Shown here: positions 28,851-37,630 of the stretch, piece by piece
How the letters are laid out: each line of letters opens with the position of its first letter
How positions within the stretch are numbered: position 1 is the first letter of the stretch
Assembly: GCA_018649885.1 (NCBI GenBank)
Contig: JABIHA010000084.1
Location: forward strand, 1 to 64,000
Direction: 5' to 3'
DNA: 64,000 bases
DNA from: Bacteriovoracaceae bacterium
Lineage (GTDB): Bacteria > Bdellovibrionota > Bacteriovoracia > Bacteriovoracales > Bacteriovoracaceae
Position numbers and translations under genes: made by a program
Notes under the pieces: generated by a model
Databases searched by the model: none
What the model saw: only the letters and a program-made list of their open reading frames with translations
What the model was told of the DNA's origin: nothing

Positions 28851-28880
28851 ATTGTTTAGAACCTAACAGGTGTATTAAAA

Positions 28881-30233
28881 ATGATATTTTTTAAAAAAAC
28901 CATTCAGCTTATACTCACAATGTTTTCGCTTACATTTAGCCTGTATGCAGGAGGCAACTTCGATAAGGCTTTAGGTGCACAAAGTAAGGGGTACTATTTT
29001 GAAGCAATCCAGTACTACAGACTTGAGCTGAAAAGGCATCCTGAAAATCACCAGGCCCGCTCGAATATGGCCGTATCGCTTTTTCAAGTTAATGATTTGA
29101 AAAAAGCAGAAATGGAAATGAAAAGAAGTTTAAAGGGAAATCCATTTTCAGTTGATTCAAATTACAACTTAGGACTGATGCTAAAAAAACTTGGACGTTT
29201 CAAAGAAGCCATTACTAGATTAGAGTATGCAAAGAGATTAAGACCCTCATTTTTTGAGTCTTACTCTCAATTAGCAGATCTTTATGAAAAGGTTGAAAAC
29301 TACGCGCACGCAGAAAGCACATATTCTGAAATGTTAAAGATGAAGCCAAAAAATCCCTCTCTTTTATTTAAGTTTGCCAACTTCTTAGTAAGAGCGACAA
29401 AGTATCTTGAAGCCGATAAAAGGTTTGTACAAGTGCTAGGTCTAGCAGGGACTGATTTTAATTACAATTTTGCTTATGCACTCTTTCTCGATCACAAGAT
29501 CGATAGGTCTGAAGAGGCAATTAAACGATATAAAATAGCACTTAAGCTAAAACCGGGCCATGTTGATTCCAGGTTAAATCTTTCTTTAAGGCTAGCAAAA
29601 GCAGGAAAAGTAGATGAAGCCAAAAAGAATTTAAAAAAATTGATTGGAAAGTATGCACCGAAGTCACCACATGGGTATTTCCATCTGGGAAGATTATATA
29701 AAGATGAAAGTCATTACAAAAAAGCTATTGGACTATTTAACAAGGCCATTGCCTTAGATCCTGGTGGTAAAAAGCCATATGAAGAAAAAGCTTCAATTTA
29801 TGTTGTTCAGAAAAAATATGATTTAGCGGCAGCTCAATATTTGAGCATTTCTAATTTTGATCCCAAGTATATAAAATCCTATCTTTTTAGAGGATGGGCA
29901 TTTGAAACGATGGGAAATCCTCAGGGGGCCCTTAGTTTGTATCAAGAAGCACAACAAATCTCACCTCTAGATTTAGATGTGAATTTAAGTTTGGGTAATA
30001 TATATTTCACCATGAATAGGAAGAAAGAGGCCATCACAGCTTATTCAAAAGTATTGAGCATAGTGGATACTCATGAACTTGCTAGATATAGATCTGGAGT
30101 TTTAAATTTCAAGATGGGTGACTACGATGCTTCAAAAGATCATTTTGAGAAAATAGCAAGTGAGTCAAAGTTCTACCAAGTGAGCCGTGAGTATATTAGC
30201 GACAAATCGAGACTTCCCTCCTCAACAGATTAA
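28881..30233 (+). CDS. Secreted TPR repeat protein
   Basis: Signal peptide and many 34-aa TPR-like repeats. Confidence 0.92.
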   Translation: MIFFKKTIQLILTMFSLTFSLYAGGNFDKALGAQSKGYYFEAIQYYRLELKRHPENHQARSNMAVSLFQVNDLKKAEMEMKRSLKGNPFSVDSNYNLGLMLKKLGRFKEAITRLEYAKRLRPSFFESYSQLADLYEKVENYAHAESTYSEMLKMKPKNPSLLFKFANFLVRATKYLEADKRFVQVLGLAGTDFNYNFAYALFLDHKIDRSEEAIKRYKIALKLKPGHVDSRLNLSLRLAKAGKVDEAKKNLKKLIGKYAPKSPHGYFHLGRLYKDESHYKKAIGLFNKAIALDPGGKKPYEEKASIYVVQKKYDLAAAQYLSISNFDPKYIKSYLFRGWAFETMGNPQGALSLYQEAQQISPLDLDVNLSLGNIYFTMNRKKEAITAYSKVLSIVDTHELARYRSGVLNFKMGDYDASKDHFEKIASESKFYQVSREYISDKSRLPSSTD

Positions 30234-30305
30234 AAGACTCAGGTTCTCACTATTTTCTTACTGGCCTGTAATCTGCTCTATGAGATAAAATATGTTTAAT
30301 ATACT

Positions 30306-31025
30306 TTGAAAGGAAGTGGTATTTTGAACATATATACGATTTCTAAATTATGGATTTGGCTTACAATTGCTTTATCCAGTGGAGCCTTGTTATCAGCTGA
30401 ACACATCGTTAGTTCTGGAGAGTCTTTGATGACAATTTCACATAGGTACTACCAAACACACAAGTGTTGGCGTCTAATTCGTGATGAAAAAAAACAAAAA
30501 GTTGTTGGCGAGAGTATTGAAGTTGGCCAAAAACTATTTATTCCCGAAAAATCTGAATGCGCATTACTTCAACCTTGGATTTTAAAGGCTTCATCAAGTG
30601 CGGGTTTAGTTAAAAATAAGAAGAAGGTATCAATTTTAGAAAAAGAAGATCGATTTATTATTTTCAATGAAAAGGGCGAGGGTTTTAAGATGAAGCCACT
30701 TGCCAAAAGAAAGCCACTGAAAAAACAACTCAAAAAAACTGTAATAGAGAAGAAGTTTCATCAAAAAAATTATGAAATTCAAATTGCAGCCTTTAGTACT
30801 TGGGATGAAGCCTATTTTTTCAAGAATCAACAAGAGAAAAAAATCCAAGAAGATATGAGAATTAATAGACCTATGGAAGGAGAAAAAATCAAGTGGTATC
30901 GTTTGAAACTTGGACATTTCTTAAATTCAAAACAGGCCATGAGTTTTGCAAATAAAATGGGTTTTAGTAAGCAGTATCCAGGATTCTTCATTACAAAAGG
31001 CGATGGTAGCGGGATTGGTAAATAG
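30306..31025 (+). CDS. LysM + SPOR peptidoglycan-binding protein
   Basis: HIVSSGESLMTISHRYY...IEVGQKLFIP (LysM); YEIQIAAF...WYRLKLGHF (SPOR). Confidence 0.85.
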   Translation: MKGSGILNIYTISKLWIWLTIALSSGALLSAEHIVSSGESLMTISHRYYQTHKCWRLIRDEKKQKVVGESIEVGQKLFIPEKSECALLQPWILKASSSAGLVKNKKKVSILEKEDRFIIFNEKGEGFKMKPLAKRKPLKKQLKKTVIEKKFHQKNYEIQIAAFSTWDEAYFFKNQQEKKIQEDMRINRPMEGEKIKWYRLKLGHFLNSKQAMSFANKMGFSKQYPGFFITKGDGSGIGK

Positions 31026-31028
31026 TAC

Positions 31029-31436
31029 TTATTCGCTAATCTTTTTCCAAACGGCATCTTTAAAAAAATAGATTTTCGTAGGAGTGGGATAACCTTGCTG
31101 GATTTCTCCCGATTCACTGACTGCTGGCGCCCCCATTTTATATTCTAGAGTTCCAGTCACTTCAACATCCACCTTACTGTGAAAGTCATCTGGCCAATTA
31201 CCGACATTTTCTAAAAGAATATAGTCCTGATCAACCATTACTATGGCTCCACTTTTTTGATGGTAAGCCTTACCTTGAACTGTGATATTTTGACCAATGT
31301 GTTCAGATAAATTTATCATATTTCCACCTTTATTTATTTTTTTGCTATGAGAACAGCTCAGTGAGAGGAGAAGGATAGATAAACCACAAAACAGACTAAT
31401 TTTACCAGTTAAGTTCAAAGAATCTCCCTGCGACAA
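31029..31436 (-). CDS. Hypothetical protein (possible lipoprotein, OB-fold-like)
   Basis: LSLSC followed by GQNITVQG...VEVTGTL; an internal ATG at 31319 is an alternative start. Confidence 0.6.
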   Translation of the reverse strand: MSQGDSLNLTGKISLFCGLSILLLSLSCSHSKKINKGGNMINLSEHIGQNITVQGKAYHQKSGAIVMVDQDYILLENVGNWPDDFHSKVDVEVTGTLEYKMGAPAVSESGEIQQGYPTPTKIYFFKDAVWKKISE

Positions 31437-31468
31437 AAAATAATTTTTGCAATGATTCGTAAGGTATA

Positions 31469-32419
31469 TTGTATAATACTCAAGATACCATAGTTTTCAA
31501 AAAATTGAGAGATATGAATAGATTATTCTTTTTAACTTTTATCTTTATAGGCTTCACCATTGACCAAGTAACGAAGTATTGGGCGAGATCAATGGCTTCG
31601 CCTATTCCTGGGAAATTGGTAACTATAGATCTTCATAAAAACTTTGCCTTTGCACTTGGAAGTTTTGAATTTATTGATGCTAAAAAACTGGCATTGTTTT
31701 CAGGTTTATTATATTGCTTAATTGGAACATTTTTATTTTTTCTAGTTTTCTTTGTTTTAAAATCTAAGAAGTATTCAAAAGTAAATTGGCCACTGGGATG
31801 TCTTCTTGTGGGAGTGAGCGGAAATGCCATTGACAAGATATTCAATGGATTTGTTACAGATTTTTTAATTTTTGAATTACCTTTTCTAAATCAATCAGTC
31901 ATAAATATAGCAGATATCTATTTTTTAATAGGAGTAATTTCTCTTGTGGTAATTATTCTTTTTCAGTCTGCTAATATCTGGTATGAAGGCAATAGAAGAA
32001 AAGTGATAATGGTTGATCATAGCTTCCAAAAAGAATTTGGAATCAAATTAATGTTTATTGCCCTAATTTCCACATTTTTTGCCAATATAATTACAATTAT
32101 GGTTTTTAACTTCTTAAAAGTGAATATTTCCCATTCAATAATTTTTATTTCTCTACTAGTTCAATTCATTTTTTTGATATTTTTATGTTTCACGACTTAC
32201 CTATTTGGGCTTCTAGAGTCTCATAAAACCAGTGGCGCCCTCTTTTCTTATAAAAGATCACTAAAAGCGGCACTATCCCAGTCAAAAACTCATGATTTCA
32301 AACTCAGGGAGGGAGACTACCATGTGGAAATCCTTACTGACTGCATGGACCAGGTTTCGGATTACATTGATGCTAATGCCACAAAGAATTCTCATCTCTC
32401 TAGTGGTTCTGACTCTTAA
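31469..32419 (+). CDS. Signal peptidase II (LspA)-like domain fused to a C-terminal two-TM domain
   Basis: DQVTKYW, N.AFALG, GNAIDK, VTDF, NIAD, then RRK...FQ, two TM helices, SHKTSG. ATG 31514 is the likely start. Confidence 0.75.
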   Translation: MYNTQDTIVFKKLRDMNRLFFLTFIFIGFTIDQVTKYWARSMASPIPGKLVTIDLHKNFAFALGSFEFIDAKKLALFSGLLYCLIGTFLFFLVFFVLKSKKYSKVNWPLGCLLVGVSGNAIDKIFNGFVTDFLIFELPFLNQSVINIADIYFLIGVISLVVIILFQSANIWYEGNRRKVIMVDHSFQKEFGIKLMFIALISTFFANIITIMVFNFLKVNISHSIIFISLLVQFIFLIFLCFTTYLFGLLESHKTSGALFSYKRSLKAALSQSKTHDFKLREGDYHVEILTDCMDQVSDYIDANATKNSHLSSGSDS

Positions 32420-32555
32420 CATTTTCCTGATTATAGTTTCTTAGGTCTTTATTTTTTGTTTCATATGAGTTTCTGCCGATAATAAAGTGGATTAACAATA
32501 ATTCATTATTTATCAATACAAATACTAATAACTACAATCGTAGATAGTAACAATA

Positions 32556-32578
32556 TGAGGGGGGATTTATCCCCCTCA
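32556..32578. terminator. GC hairpin, likely bidirectional terminator
   Basis: tgagggggga-ttta-tccccctca. Confidence 0.6.
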
Positions 32579-32926
32579 ATATTTAATTAGTAGTCATAGA
32601 ATTGGTATTTTTTGCCCTTGCTTCCAGGTGTGCTTTTACATTTTTTCATTGGTTTCAAATTGATATCACCGTCGGGATCGGCCATGCCACCATGACCATC
32701 ACAAAGAGCAGGCCCGATACCTGATAGTTTTGCAATGGAGAGGCCAACAATATGTGGGGCTATTGGGGTAATTTAGACTATATGAGTTCTAATGTGCACC
32801 TTGTAGTGCGGAAATTTACTCTTAGGGTGACACCAATATTTTAAGTAGCGCAACGAGACAGAGGTTGAATTAGTTTTGCTTCTTCACCCTAAGGCCTTAA
32901 AATAGATTTTTTAAGAGGAGATTATT

Positions 32927-33685
32927 ATGAAATCTGGAAATCCAGCATTATCCGATAAAGTATTTAACAAATCAATTACTCGTAGCATTGGTGAGTCCAT
33001 GACTCTTCAAGGGACTATCAACAAAACTTTTATACTTCTTGCCTTGGTTTTTGCCACAGCTATTTTTACTTGGGAAAAAACAATGCCGGCGTTTGGTGAC
33101 GTAGCACCTGGTGCTGGCTCTTATGGATATGTAATGGCCGGTGTGATTGGTGGACTTATTTTTGCCATAGCAACAATTTTTAAAAATAACTGGGCGCCTA
33201 TTACGGCTCCAGCTTATGCATTGTTTGAGGGCCTCGCCCTTGGAGCGATTTCCGCGATCTATGAAATCCAGTACGGCGGAATTGTTTTTCAAGCGATCTT
33301 TTTAACCTTTGGAATTTGTCTGGCCCTTTTACTTGCTTACAAATCAAGAATTATTAAAGTAACCGAAAAATTTAGGATGGGTGTAGTGGCCGCAACGGGC
33401 GGAATTTTTATCGTATATATGCTTTCATTTGTTTTATCCTTTTTCGGAGTCACTATTCCCTACATCCATGGCTCAGGTTTAATTGGAATTGGCTTAAGTG
33501 TTTTTATTTGCATCGTCGCCAGCCTTAATCTTGTATTAGATTTTGATTTTATTGAAAAGGCTTCATCAAGGGGAGATGTTCCCAAGTACATGGAGTGGTA
33601 TGGTGCTTTTGGATTAATTGTGACACTTGTTTGGCTCTACCTTGAGATTTTAAGACTTCTATCAAAACTAAATAGTAGAGATTAA
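32927..33685 (+). CDS. Bax inhibitor-1/YccA family membrane protein
   Basis: SGNPAL, MT..GT..KT, YALFEG, LDFD.IE, WLYLEILRLL. Confidence 0.92.
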   Translation: MKSGNPALSDKVFNKSITRSIGESMTLQGTINKTFILLALVFATAIFTWEKTMPAFGDVAPGAGSYGYVMAGVIGGLIFAIATIFKNNWAPITAPAYALFEGLALGAISAIYEIQYGGIVFQAIFLTFGICLALLLAYKSRIIKVTEKFRMGVVAATGGIFIVYMLSFVLSFFGVTIPYIHGSGLIGIGLSVFICIVASLNLVLDFDFIEKASSRGDVPKYMEWYGAFGLIVTLVWLYLEILRLLSKLNSRD

Positions 33686-33708
33686 TTTAAATTTGTAAGG
33701 GGTGGAAT

Positions 33709-34998
33709 TTGAAAATATCTAAGCTCTGTATTGCGGTCTTTAGTCTTTTATTTCTCTACTCTTGTAGCTCTGATAAAGAGAGCACTCCTGGTGAGGATCA
33801 AGCTCCAACTTCACCTGTTCCCACTGAGGAGGTTGCCTCACCCATGATTACTGCTGGAGCTAGTGAAGAAAGTAGTGCAAGCAATGAATCCTATAGCGAT
33901 TGTGCAGTAGATGTTCATCAGCACCTTTCAAATGGTGTCAATTTCTCTGTAGGTTCAGCTACTCTTTTAGAAGTGATGTCTTCAACTTCTGATAAGTCAG
34001 TTTTAGTAAATGGGCATAAAGGGCTCTCAAAAGTTATTTTAATGCCGCCACCAGAAACGGGAGATGGTTCGGGCCTTGGTGCAAATTATCAAATTGATAC
34101 AAATATGCATCCTAGTCTAGTTCAAGCTGTAGCGGATAATTCAGATAAGTATTTCTTGGCCGCTGGTGGGGCTGCTTTAAATCCAATTATTCACAAGGCC
34201 CATATTGATAGAAGCGCCGGTGATGCGACTGCCTTTCGTGCAGAAGTAAAAAGGTTAGTGGCACTTGGAATAAAATCTATTGGTGAGATGGCCGTACTGC
34301 ATTTATCCATTACTGGTACCCATCCTTATATTGTGGCGCCAGCTTTTCATCCCCTTTACCGAGTGCTGGTTGAAGAAGCTGCCATTGCAGGAATCCCAGT
34401 TGATATCCACCTTGAGGCCATCGATACCAAGAAACACTACAGCCTAAAGATTCCGGAGGATATGCCCAAGAATAGTGAAGGGGTATCTTGTTTTAAGACT
34501 GTTGATGGAGTGGGCGCGGATAGAGGGTTAAACCCATCTGAGATAAAGTCCAATATCATGGCCTTTGTTAAGCTATTAAAATACGCCAAGGACTATGCCT
34601 GTAATACAGTTGGTGACTGCTCAAAATCAAAGATTGTTTGGAGCCATGTGGGATGGGATAACACCAGTGATCTGAATACCACTGTTGTTGGTGATCTAAT
34701 GGGGAACAATTCCAATTTGTACGCGGCCTTAAAGATGCTCAATAGTCCTGGAAATTGCCAAAGTATTGAAAATAGACCACTAGATGCCTCTGGAAATCTT
34801 CAGGCACACTGGAAGAGCCTATTTGAAAAATTCCCAGATCGTTTTGTTATTGGCTCAGATGAGTTCTTTGGGGAGAGCGCAGATCTCACAATTGGCTCTG
34901 CCAGCACCCAGGGAAGCTGGGATCTCATAGAAAAACTTCCAAACGAGCTGAAAAAGGCCTTCGCCTGCGATAATCCTCGCCGGATCTATAATCTATAG
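33709..34998 (+). CDS. Amidohydrolase-family lipoprotein
   Basis: Lipobox LYSC; DVHQH, IGE, DIHLE, WSH, IGSD. Confidence 0.8.
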   Translation: MKISKLCIAVFSLLFLYSCSSDKESTPGEDQAPTSPVPTEEVASPMITAGASEESSASNESYSDCAVDVHQHLSNGVNFSVGSATLLEVMSSTSDKSVLVNGHKGLSKVILMPPPETGDGSGLGANYQIDTNMHPSLVQAVADNSDKYFLAAGGAALNPIIHKAHIDRSAGDATAFRAEVKRLVALGIKSIGEMAVLHLSITGTHPYIVAPAFHPLYRVLVEEAAIAGIPVDIHLEAIDTKKHYSLKIPEDMPKNSEGVSCFKTVDGVGADRGLNPSEIKSNIMAFVKLLKYAKDYACNTVGDCSKSKIVWSHVGWDNTSDLNTTVVGDLMGNNSNLYAALKMLNSPGNCQSIENRPLDASGNLQAHWKSLFEKFPDRFVIGSDEFFGESADLTIGSASTQGSWDLIEKLPNELKKAFACDNPRRIYNL

Positions 34999-35094
34999 CA
35001 TTTTGAACCAGATCATTTTGGCCCCAGGGGCCATAATAGAATACTAAAACAATAAGATTTATTGAGTTTTCAGTGGCTTAGCTGTGCCAAGTTT

Positions 35095-35110
35095 TGGCCT
35101 GGGGCTTGCT
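35095..35110 (+). promoter_or_regulatory. sigma54 -24/-12 promoter
   Basis: TGGCCTGGGGCTTGCT with GG at 35096-97 and GC at 35108-09, canonical spacing. Confidence 0.65.
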
Positions 35111-35120
35111 TTATAGAGAG

Positions 35121-35321
35121 CATCCGGGTTGAAGACGACTAATTAAATAAGTCGCCTGGTCCAAGATAATTGAAAGATTGTCCATCACACACACCTACCT
35201 TCTTCAACCCATTACCCGAGAGCAAGCGAATGTAAGCTCTCTCCCAACAGATCTACTACCCCACCTTTAGGACAAATACTTTTAACCCCGGACCAGGCCA
35301 CACTTATTTGTGTGACCTTTT
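35121..35321 (+). ncRNA. Candidate structured small RNA of unknown family
   Basis: No ORF. Hairpin cgact/agtcg; long stem cctggtcc/ggaccagg plus ttgaaag/cttttaa and ttgtcc/ggacaa; inner gagagc/gctctc hairpin; terminal cacac/gtgtg hairpin plus TTTT. Confidence 0.55.
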
Positions 35322-35423
35322 ACTGATCCCAGTTTGAATTTCAAGTGGCGTATTCCTCATCGGAGTGTGCTACACGCCTTCTTCGTCATCCACCACTTGA
35401 AATCCAAACTGGAATCAGTAAAA
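35318..35423. repeat. 31-bp inverted repeat (2 mismatches) with 44-nt spacer
   Basis: ttttactgatcccagtttgaatttcaagtgg (35318-35348) and ccacttgaaatccaaactggaatcagtaaaa (35393-35423). Confidence 0.9.
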
Positions 35424-35536
35424 CTGCCATAGCTCATGTTTTAGAATGACTAATTTTTCCTTACTCTCTTTTAACTTTCGCTCCAGTCAGATCGCTCTAT
35501 AATATAAAGCGGTAAACTTATATATTAGGAGCTGAA

Positions 35537-35983
35537 ATGAAAGCTGAAGACTTCATGACAAAAAATGTTATTTCATGCAACGAAAATAGTACTGTAAAAC
35601 AAGCAGCTGAAATTATGCTAGAGCATGGTGTTGGCGGCCTACCCATTGTTAACGATGCTGGAGATTTGGTAGGAATTCTTACTGAGTCAGATTTTGTGGG
35701 AAAGAAAGTTGATATTCCCCATGCGCTTGTCTCTATGAAACAGCTCTTTGGTGAAACCTTTTTCCATGGAAGCGTTGATGATATTTTTGCCAAGGCCAAA
35801 GATTATAAACTCCATGATGTTATGACTAAAAACCCAATCACCGTTGCACCGGACGCTAGCCTAACTGAGGTCAGTACTCAAATGCTTGAGAGAAAAATCA
35901 ATAGATTGCCGGTGGAAAAAGATGGAAAGCTTATTGGCTTTATCACTAGAAAAGATCTTTTACGGGCATTTATAAAACTCTAG
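35537..35983 (+). CDS. CBS domain pair protein
   Basis: MTKNVIS, GLPIV, LVGILTESD, RLPV, GFITRKD. Confidence 0.93.
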   Translation: MKAEDFMTKNVISCNENSTVKQAAEIMLEHGVGGLPIVNDAGDLVGILTESDFVGKKVDIPHALVSMKQLFGETFFHGSVDDIFAKAKDYKLHDVMTKNPITVAPDASLTEVSTQMLERKINRLPVEKDGKLIGFITRKDLLRAFIKL

Positions 35984-36110
35984 TCCCCAATAGGAACACG
36001 ACCTTTTTTCTGAGGAACACTTTTGGTTACGAATGAGGCGTCGCGCCTTGGCGTCAACTAGATCCCTTTGTTAGCTCTATGAATTCAATCAAATTCGAGG
36101 AGAATTTCTA

Positions 36111-36500
36111 ATGAAAAAAGTAATATTAATGTCAGCATTTTGTTTTTCAGTGGCCGCCAGTGGGCAAACTTGTTTTCAACTTTCAAAAGATGGGACTGCT
36201 TTTGCTAAAACACCAGAGCTTCTTTGTATGGAAGAAGTAGGCGACGCCAAGTACAGCTTTACTTTAGAGACGGGACTCTTTGCAAGAGAAGTTCATGTGA
36301 GTTATCAGCTAGATTTAATATCTCAAGCTGAATGTTTGGCCTGCAGAGTTTCAAGCTACGCAATTAGAAACCCTTCAAATTCTACTTATTCTGAATCAGC
36401 TCAAATTAGCTTTAATGGAAAAGTTAATATTTGGGATGGTGCTAAAGAAAGTGGAACTGTAACAGTTGCAGGAAAAAAATATTTTTACAGATCATTTTAG
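36111..36500 (+). CDS. Hypothetical secreted protein
   Basis: GAGGAG RBS, signal peptide. Confidence 0.8.
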   Translation: MKKVILMSAFCFSVAASGQTCFQLSKDGTAFAKTPELLCMEEVGDAKYSFTLETGLFAREVHVSYQLDLISQAECLACRVSSYAIRNPSNSTYSESAQISFNGKVNIWDGAKESGTVTVAGKKYFYRSF

Positions 36501-36516
36501 GTTAGTACCTAATAAA

Positions 36517-36541
36517 CTGAAGGATGCTTTGCATCCTTCAG
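36517..36541. terminator. Hairpin between convergent genes
   Basis: ctgaaggatgc-ttt-gcatccttcag, a perfect 11-bp stem. Confidence 0.85.
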
Positions 36542-36551
36542 CTTCTGCCAT

Positions 36552-36923
36552 CTAGTTAACACAAAGACAGTTAAATTTTGTATACATTCTGGTGATCCCA
36601 TTGCTTCCAGCTGCCAGACACACTGGAGTCAGAGTATTTCCATTTTTGTAATAATTATTACCAAATACAGTTCCTCTTCCAGGTTTTCCTCTTCTGGCCA
36701 CAACTACCCTGCATAGGTAAGTAGAATCAATACCACTAGGTACTGTGTAGGTACCTTTTTCAGCAATGTAGGTTTCATTTTCACGACAAGCAATGTGGCA
36801 AGCCTTACCAGCATTTGGAATCCAAACCACATCTTTATTAGATACAACACTAGTTTGAATGGGGCTTGCAAATGTTAGCGGTGATAGGCCCGCTAGTAAT
36901 AGAATTAATAATGTTTCTTTCAT
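36552..36923 (-). CDS. Small secreted Cys-rich hypothetical protein
   Basis: ATG 36923 with GAGGGAG RBS (track start 36959), signal peptide, six Cys. Confidence 0.75.
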   Translation of the reverse strand: MKETLLILLLAGLSPLTFASPIQTSVVSNKDVVWIPNAGKACHIACRENETYIAEKGTYTVPSGIDSTYLCRVVVARRGKPGRGTVFGNNYYKNGNTLTPVCLAAGSNGITRMYTKFNCLCVN

Positions 36924-37059
36924 TTTCTCTCCCTCTTTGTGCAGAAGACACTTCTGCAATATTTTTGCTATAATGACACCAGCGTTTATTCAAGATCTCT
37001 TGGGATATTGATGAGAAGATCGTGGTAAATTAATGAAACCATAATGCTAGGAGTGGGTA

Positions 37060-37533
37060 ATAAAGGTATTAATAGAATTAGAAGAGCAACTTAGTTTTGA
37101 CGATGCAAAAGACTTACTTTTGTTATCTGAGCCTTGGAAAACCCTTAATTTTAACGAAAGTGATATTCAAAAAATTGTCGCCGACTCCAAGAACTCTTTT
37201 TTATTAGTTACCAGAGACTCTGAAAAACTAGCGGGCTTTGCACTATTTAGTGAAGGATTTTTAAAAGGGTGTTATCTCAAAATTTTGGCCGTTGATTCAG
37301 ACTATCGAGGCAAAGGAATCGGGGGGCAACTACTTAGAGAATTTGAAAAAATAAGTTTTAAAAAATCTCCCAATGCCTATTTGTGCGTAAGTGATTTTAA
37401 TAAATCTGCAGTTGGGTTTTATCAAAAACATGGCTATGAGGAAATCGGAACACTTACTGATTTTCTGGTAGAGGGAAAGGGCGAGATCTTTTTGAGAAAG
37501 AGCATTGGCAGTATCGCCAGTTTTGAAAAGTAA
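37060..37533 (+). CDS. GNAT acetyltransferase
   Basis: LAVDSDYRGKGIGGQLL, N..A..FY.K.GY. Track start is TTG 37120; an in-frame ATA at 37060 follows AGGAG. Confidence 0.85.
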   Translation: MKVLIELEEQLSFDDAKDLLLLSEPWKTLNFNESDIQKIVADSKNSFLLVTRDSEKLAGFALFSEGFLKGCYLKILAVDSDYRGKGIGGQLLREFEKISFKKSPNAYLCVSDFNKSAVGFYQKHGYEEIGTLTDFLVEGKGEIFLRKSIGSIASFEK

Positions 37534-37630
37534 TTTTGAAAAGAGCAATGCGTTAATTAACGAAATATTTACAGTCACATTCTTTTTTAAAAACACTCGT
37601 GCTAGCTAAGGCCTTTGGAGAAGATTAAGT

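Noticed and set aside
32476..32580. GCCGATAA followed about 75 nt later by a hairpin, as a possible sigma28 sRNA
   Set aside because: No matching -35 element and the intervening sequence is unstructured AT-rich DNA.
35121..35423. Structured region as a retron msr-msd, tmRNA or RNase P RNA
   Set aside because: No reverse transcriptase nearby, and no tRNA-like ends, tag ORF or RNase P conserved motifs.
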